64,000 nucleotides of DNA, from assembly GCF_009914755.1 (NCBI RefSeq), contig NC_060925.1. One strand, given 5' to 3'. The notes below the pieces were generated by a model, which was given only the letters and a program-made list of their open reading frames with translations, ran no database searches and was not told the origin of the DNA. Shown here one piece after another: positions 55,130 through 64,000 of the stretch (positions are counted from its first letter, which is position 1; every line of letters starts with the position of its first letter). The stretch is from the human T2T-CHM13v2.0 reference genome, Homo sapiens. Both the position numbers and the translations under genes were made by a program.

Positions 55130-55500
55130 GAGTGTCATCTTTGAGTTCTCCATTTCACTCCCTACACTCCAGTTTAGCTGCAGTTCTCTTGGCCAGCCCT
55201 ATGAAATACATCCATGGCCTAACGACTTCTCACCACTACTACCACTCATGCTGACAGCATTCTCACCTAAGTCACTACCATTTTTCTCTGGATTAGAGTA
55301 GCCTCCCAATTTATTTGCTCACATAACCTATTTATTCTACACAGTGCACCAGATACACCCCTTTGAAATGCAAACACAATCATATTATTCTCTGGTGAAA
55401 TTATCTCATATATTCCTATCGCATTTAAAATTAATTCAGAATCATCCCATGATTATCAAAACCCTACATGCTCTTCCACAACATGGTTTACTTCCAAGAT
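55130..55500. mobile_element. L2 fragment
   Basis: TCTCTGGATTAGAGTAGCCTCC...ATTCTACACAGTGCACCAGA...TGAAATGCAAA motifs resemble the L2 3' region. Confidence 0.55.
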
Positions 55501-56221
55501 ATCTCTTCAACTTTTTTTTCACTGTACTGAATTGGTGACTAATAGTCATATTTTTGTTTTTGCTCAAAAAGTCTTCACTTGTAATTTTTTCAGTTTCTCC
55601 TGTATCCACAGGTAACTCTTTCCTCATAAGGCGAATTGCTTGCTTCCTTGAGTTCTGCTCTCAAAGATACCCTTCATTTTCTACCTAATATTAATAACTT
55701 TAATCATTCATTATTCCATTACTGTGCTCTATGGTGTATACAATTTCTGTTCTTTGTCATGTTATTAACTTAATTATTTATTGGGTCCAGTAACGTATTC
55801 CATAAATATTGTACACATAAAAATTGTGTTATTTTTATTCCTGTATGCTCAGCTGCCCAATAACAGTCTGAGGATTAACATATTTGTTAAATGCACAAAT
55901 ACATTCTTTCACAAATATTAGCTTAATAATTTTATATTAAACTCCCTCTATACTTACAATATGAATTAGATAAGTCAGAATAAACATTCCATTGAAAAAA
56001 GCTACACAATTTGTTATAAAACATCCTCAAAAGCATCAGAAAGTTAATACAGCAATGAAGAAGTACAGGACCAAATTAAGAATGGTATGAAAGCCTGTTT
56101 GTGACGCTTATGTTTGGGTTATCTCTTTGAGTGACTATAAATCTCAAAAGAGAACTAAAGGGAGAAATAACCGTATCTACTAACATGCTAAGGGTACTTA
56201 AACATCTCTTAGTAATTGAGA

Positions 56222-56370
56222 AAATTGAAATAAAAGAAAAAAGAGGGAGAAAGAGAAACAGCGAAAGGGATAATGAAGGAGAGAAAGAAGAAGAGAAAGG
56301 AAGAGGAAGAAAAGTAAAAAGGAGGAGGAGGGGGAAGGAGGAAGGAAGAAAGATGAAAAGAAAGAATGGT
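56222..56370. repeat. GA-rich low-complexity tract
   Basis: Almost pure purine on the + strand. Confidence 0.85.
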
Positions 56371-56394
56371 AAACTTTTTAACAACATAATTTAT

Positions 56395-57940
56395 CTTCTA
56401 GAATGTGAATGTTGGTCTATTTGATGATGTCCCACAGATTCATTAGTCTCTGCTCATTGTTTATTTTTTATTCTTTCTGTTTCTCAGAGTCAGTATTTTC
56501 CATTTTCTTCTCTTCAAGTTCATGGCTTCTTCTGTGTGTGCAAATATACTCTTTAATCCCTCTGGTGATTTTTAAATTTTTATCATTGTAGTTTTCCACT
56601 CCAGAATTTCTGTTATCTCTTTGCTGATATTCCTACTTTTTAATATTTTTTCTGATTCCTTTATTTCTTTGTTTATGTTTTCCTTTTGACATTTGAGTAT
56701 AATGAAGAGAGTTGTTGTAAAGTCTTTGTCTGGTAAGTTTGATGTCTGGCTTTCCTTAGGGATATTTTCTGTCACTTTATTTTGTTCCTCTGAATGAGCC
56801 ACACTTTCCCATTCTTTGTATGCCTTGTAACGTTTTTTGAAAACTGGACATTCTAATAATTATAATTACTATGTGGTTACTCTGTAAATCAGACACCCCC
56901 TACAAACACAGTAATGTTTTGTGGTTTTAAATTTTCTTTACTTATTATATTGTTAAGGATTTTTTTTTTTTTTTAGTGAAATTTTCCAAAGTGATTTACA
57001 AAACTGTTTGGTTTATAAGGTGTGGTCACCGAAGTCTTTTTGTTTCCTTAACAAATGTTAAGCTAATGTTTTGACAGTGATTGTATGGTATGTCAGGAAC
57101 CAATCAAACAGGCAAATACAAGAAAAACAAAAAGAAAAGCTAGTAATCATTGTCCAGCAAAATATGTCTCTAGGCCATGCAGACTGGCTTTGTGCTGGGT
57201 TCTTTAAAGCCGGCAGAAAGCGTGTGTTCACTCTTGCACTGAGTGAAGTTCAAGTTCACTCTTGCACAGAGCTTGTACTGAGGGGAGGGATCGGCCAAGG
57301 TAAAAGTGTAGGGTCTCCTTATGACATTTGTCAGCATGTGGCTTAACCTATGAATACATGTGACTTTGTAGACTCTCCCATGTACGTGAATGATTTTGTA
57401 TGTCTTAGTTTTTGAAATACTCTTCTCCAGCTTTTCTTGCTCTGCTGAAGTTGATCTACTATATTTGTAAACTTTAATTTTTGCCCTAAGCATCTGTGGT
57501 TTGTTAGGTCTCCTTGCAGAGTTTCTTAATAATGTCCATTCCTTATCTGTTCAGTATTCTACCAACACAGAAAAAAAAAAAAAAGCCTTTCATGAGTCCT
57601 TTAGGTATCCCCCAGACCAGTCAGAATAGACACATTATAATTTGTGGGTAAGATCTTCTCTTGTTCCTTTGGACCATGGACCAGGCTTCCTCACTGGGAA
57701 CGTGGGCTTCTGACCCTTCAGAACTGCCAATTTGCTGGGGCAAAGGCAAGTTAAAAATGTCGTAAAGTTTTCCAGTTGTCTTTTTCTTGAGTCTGCTTTC
57801 ACCTGGTTGTTGTAATCTTTTGACCATTTTCCAGAGTTTTGGCGAAGTTTATTCGGACAGTTTCTCTTAGTTGTGTGATGTTTCTGTGGGGAAATGAAAG
57901 ATTGCAGCTGTCTCCACTGCCATTTTGCTGATGCTCCTCT
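56395..57940 (-). mobile_element. Old L1M 5'/ORF1 remnant
   Basis: ORF 56572-56802 (MAHSEEQNKVTENIPKESQTSNLPDKDF...KEITEILE) resembles the ancestral L1 ORF1 N-terminus; right boundary approximate. Confidence 0.7.
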
Positions 57941-57985
57941 TTTGTCAATTTTTGCTTCATGTTATTATGCTTTGTTATTAGTTCA

Positions 57986-58420
57986 TGTATTAGTTTTCTA
58001 GGGCTGCCACAACCAAGTAACACAAACTGGGTACCTTGAACAACATACATTTATAGTCTTATAGTCTTATAGTCCTGGAAGCTAAAAGTCTGAGATTGAG
58101 GTGTCAGCAGGGATGGTCCCTTCAAGGGCTATGAGAGGAAGCCTGCTCTGTGCCTTGTTTCTCACTTCTGGTGGTTTAGTGGCAGTCTTTGGCATTCCTT
58201 GGTTAATCTCTGTCCTCATAATCACACGGTACTCTCCCTCTGTGTATGTCTCCCTCTATTCTAATTTCTTCTTTTAACAAGGACATCAGTCATATTGAAT
58301 TCAGGCTCATCTGATTGTATCTTAACTTGATCAGCTGCAAAGAACCTATTTCCTAACGAGGTCATATTCAGTGGTTAGAATTTCAGCATCTGTATAGAGG
58401 AAACAATTTAGCTCCTATCT
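57986..58420 (-). mobile_element. MLT1 (MaLR) solo LTR
   Basis: TGTATTAGTTTTCTAGGGCTGCC...AAGTCTGAGATTGAGGTGTCAGCAGGG...AAGGACATCAGTCATATTG. Confidence 0.85.
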
Positions 58421-58439
58421 GCGCATACATGATTGTAAT

Positions 58440-59885
<1,446 letters not shown>

Positions 59886-59894
59886 AAAACATAG

Positions 59895-60345
59895 GTGCTC
59901 AAAAAATAAACACGTGCATGAATATTTACAGCAGTAATATTCATACAGTCAAAAAGTGGAAACAATCCATATGCTTGTTGACTCATAAATGGACACCCAA
60001 TTTTCAGCAATAACAAAGAATGAAGTACTTATATATGGTATAATATTGGTGAAATTTGAAAGCATTCTGTTAAGTGCACAAAAGGACAAATATTACTTGA
60101 TTTTATTCACATGAAACATCAGGAATTGGCAAATCAATTGGGATATAAATCAGATTAGTGGTCATTAGGGCTCAGGGAAGCAGATTAGGGTGTAACAACT
60201 TTATGCATAATGGGTTTTTGGAAGGGACATGATGAAATTGCCCTGGAACATTGTGAATATAGTAAAAGCAAGTGCATTGTATGCTTTAAAATGGTGGTTA
60301 TTAATTTTATATTATGTGATTTTTACCTTAAAAAACAAAAAAGAG
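59895..60345 (+). mobile_element. L1MB/ME 3' end
   Basis: AAAAGTGGAAACAATCC...GTATGCTTTAAAATGG...TTATGTGATTTTTACCTTAAAAA. Confidence 0.7.
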
Positions 60346-61179
60346 AAAATAGTCTTACTCTATACATAATAAAGTCAAGATATGTTACAAATTTACATGT
60401 GAGATCCAAAATACTATAATATTTAAGGAATAGCTAAGTAGAATAACACTGAAATTTAACATAATGAAACATTTCCTTAGAAAAGAAAAAAGCACGGTGT
60501 AATTTAAAAGGGAAATATATTTAATATTTTTTCACACCATTAAGCATGCCATTAACTGAGTAAAAAATCAAGCTGCAATTATGTAAACTACATTTTCTAA
60601 AACCATAAAGAAAAGAAGAAATAAAAAGGTATTTGGGAAAAAAATCCAAAAGTACAGTCAACTACACAAAAAAAGCTTAGTCTCATTAATCATTAAGAAA
60701 ATGCAAATGGTAACTGAAAGAAGATAAAACTACAATTCAAAGAGAAAGCCTAAAACTTCCACCCCCAAAAAGTCTGGGTTTTGGACATCTGGGATGGAAT
60801 AGGGTTCCAAACCTGACAACAATGAAAGACCCAAACTAACTTCAAAGTCATGACTTTATTTTTATAGCAACGAGGTTGCCAAGAAGTGAGTCAAAATGTG
60901 AGGGAAAACAAGCACCTGCAAGGAGAAAGAGGACGGATGCACTTACATAGGACAGATGCAAATAGGCACCACGATGACAAGTAAAGCTGGAATAATCAAT
61001 AAATTCCTAGAGACAAAGTGGGGCTGGTGAGATTGGGAGACCGCTGACAGCTGCAGAGGTTGGGAAAGATCCATCATCTTGAAAACTTTTTCCCCACAAA
61101 CCCACTGCGATCTCTCAAGCAATTGATAAGGAGTCCAAGAGAGTCTGTATATGACACAGATCAGGGAGAGCAGAACACT

Positions 61180-61456
61180 TGGGAGGTGACCAGGTCTTGG
61201 GGGCCGAGCCCTTATGAATGGGATTAGTGCCTTTATAAAAGAGGCTCAATGGAGTTCTTGTGTGCCTTCCACTATGTGAGGACATAGAAAGCAGGCACCA
61301 CCTATGAACCATGAAATGGGCTCTCATCAACACTGAATTTGTGAGCATCTTGACCTGAGATCTTACAGCCTCAAGAAGTGTGAAAAAAGAAATATCTGTT
61401 GTTTTTTAGTCACCCGGTCTGTTATTTTGTCATAAGAGTCCAAATAGAGCAAGATA
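61180..61456 (+). mobile_element. MST/MLT1A-type MaLR LTR (3' part)
   Basis: GCCCTTATGAATGGGATTAGTGCCTTTATAAAAGAGG...ATGTGAGGACA...TTATTTTGT. Confidence 0.8.
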
Positions 61457-61639
61457 TTCCACTTAATATGTAGGGGAAGGCAACAAAAACTGCCACACTT
61501 AGAATACTCCTGATGCTGGGAGTATGAAAGGAGGAAAAACAAAACAAAACTGCTCTTGAAGGTGACGGAGGAATATCACTGAGCTCACAAACACAGCCAG
61601 GAAAAGAACAGAAGTGTGAGAAGGCTACATTCCTGAGAC

Positions 61640-62390
61640 CCTGAGAAAAAGTACCTGCATAAGACTGAGATGAAATTACCTACTCTAGTTATGATTGAAA
61701 TCTCAAAAAGAAAAGAGGGAAAAATAATGGAGCAAAAGAAATATTTTTCAAAATAACTGCCAAAAATATTCTAAAAGAAGTGACAGGAAATCAAACTTCA
61801 AATATAGGAAACTCAGAGAATGTCAATTAGAACAAAAAGAAATAAGAATTACATCTTGAAAAATCGTTAAAAAGTCAATTCCAAATTTTATATCTTGCTC
61901 CAAATATATAGAGATATAAAGAGAATGGAGATATCAAGATATGGAGATATCAAGATATGGAGAAAGCCATATCATGGAAACACTAAAATAAGGCTGTGGA
62001 AGGACTACATTGATATTAGACTCAACAGAGTTCGGAACAAGAAATAGTATCAGAGATGAGAGATAGCAGATAATAGAATCATCAATTCTCAAGAAGATGT
62101 AAACATCCTACTAATTAGGGTATGCAGCTAACAACAGAACCTCCAAATACATGAGGTAAAACAGGAAAGAAATCAAAGGTGAACTGGAAAAATCCAAAAT
62201 TATATTTGCCGACATCAACACTTTTGTCTTAGAAATGGAAAGACTAGGCACTAACTCAGTAATCATGTGGAAGATAAGAACAACAATATCACCAACAAGA
62301 CATCCAATCTTCAATGGCAGATACTCTTTCCTTTCAAGTGAAAAAAAAAACAGTATGGCATATTCTCTAACAAACCCAGAATTTCTAATA
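61640..62390 (+). mobile_element. Old L1M ORF1-endonuclease region remnant
   Basis: CTAACAACAGAACCTCCAAATACATGAGG...ATACTCTTTCCTTTCAAGTG, a decayed L1 endonuclease region. Confidence 0.6.
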
Positions 62391-62396
62391 TTTGCG

Positions 62397-62997
62397 TTCT
62401 TCCTTCTTTCTTTCCATCTTCCTTTCTCTTCCCTTCCCTTGCCTTCTTCCTTTCTTTTCCTCTTCCTTTTTTCTTTTTTCTTTACCTTTCTTTCTTTTCT
62501 TTCTTTTTTCTCCTTCCTTCCTTCTTTCCTTCTTTCTTTCCTCTTATTCTTCCTTCCCTCCTCCCTCCCTTCCTTTCTCCCTCACGTTTCTCCCTTCTTT
62601 TCTCATATTCTTTCTTTCTTTCCTTTTTTCTCCCGCCCTCCCCCCCTCCTTTTCTTCCTTCCTCCCTCCCTTCCTTTCCTCTTTTTCCTTCCTTCCATCG
62701 CCTCTTTATTTTCTTTGATTCTGTTCCTTCCTCCCTTTTACCATTCTCTCTTCCTCCTTTCCTTCCTCCCTTCTTTCTTTCTCTCTTTCTCTCTTTCTTT
62801 CTTTCTTTCTCTCTTTCTTTCCTTCTTTCTTTCTTGTGTTCATGCTTTCTTTTCTCTCCCTTCCTGCCTTTCTCCCTTCCTCCCTCCTCCCCTTCCTTCC
62901 CTCATTTCCTCCTTCTTTTCTTTCTTCTTTCTTTATTTCCTTCCTTCCTTCTTTCCTTCCTTCTTTTTCTTTCTTTGTTTTCTTTTCTTTCTCTTTA
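62397..62997. repeat. CT-rich polypyrimidine tract, about 600 bp
   Basis: Mixed (CTTT)/(CCTT)/(CT) units with very few purines. Confidence 0.95.
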
Positions 62998-63084
62998 CTA
63001 CAATTAATATTATTTTAAAAAAAATTAAGAGAGAGAGACAGAAAAATAAGGAATGCTTTAATCTGCAGGTAAACAGATCATGTC

Positions 63085-63915
<831 letters not shown>

Positions 63916-64000
63916 GTAATTGTATCATGAAAATGAGAGCCATAATTTACAACTGCTTTTAATACTGCACTTGGATGTTTGAAAGCACGTACATGGAAAT

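Overview
Human (hominid) pericentromeric transition sequence with no intact protein-coding gene. It opens with about 3 kb of HSat2 and a short HSat3-like (CATTC)n edge, then runs into a mosaic of segmental duplications. Two inverted duplication pairs are interleaved. Arm A (3851-17442 vs 28907-40575, about 92-97% identical in hand-aligned samples) carries an SVA_F-like element and an AluYg6 only in its left copy. Cassette K (about 23643-27256 vs 47864-52890) is a CpG-dense GGC-AAAAA-GCC satellite fused directly to an unprocessed copy of KSR1 exon 1 and the start of intron 1. The 11.5-kb spacer between the A arms is bounded by a ~330-bp direct repeat (B), giving the order A> B...B <A. There is also a 2.6-kb (CATTT)n satellite with a ~1-kb internal duplication, and many old L1, LTR, DNA-transposon and Alu remnants. 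All long ORFs in the supplied track are artefacts of satellite or low-complexity sequence, except the two 97-codon KSR1-derived ORFs. Repeat-family and subfamily names come from recalled consensus sequences and were not checked by a search. The chromosomal location is inferred only (an HSat2-adjacent pericentromere; 10q11, where I recall KSR1P1 maps, is one candidate).
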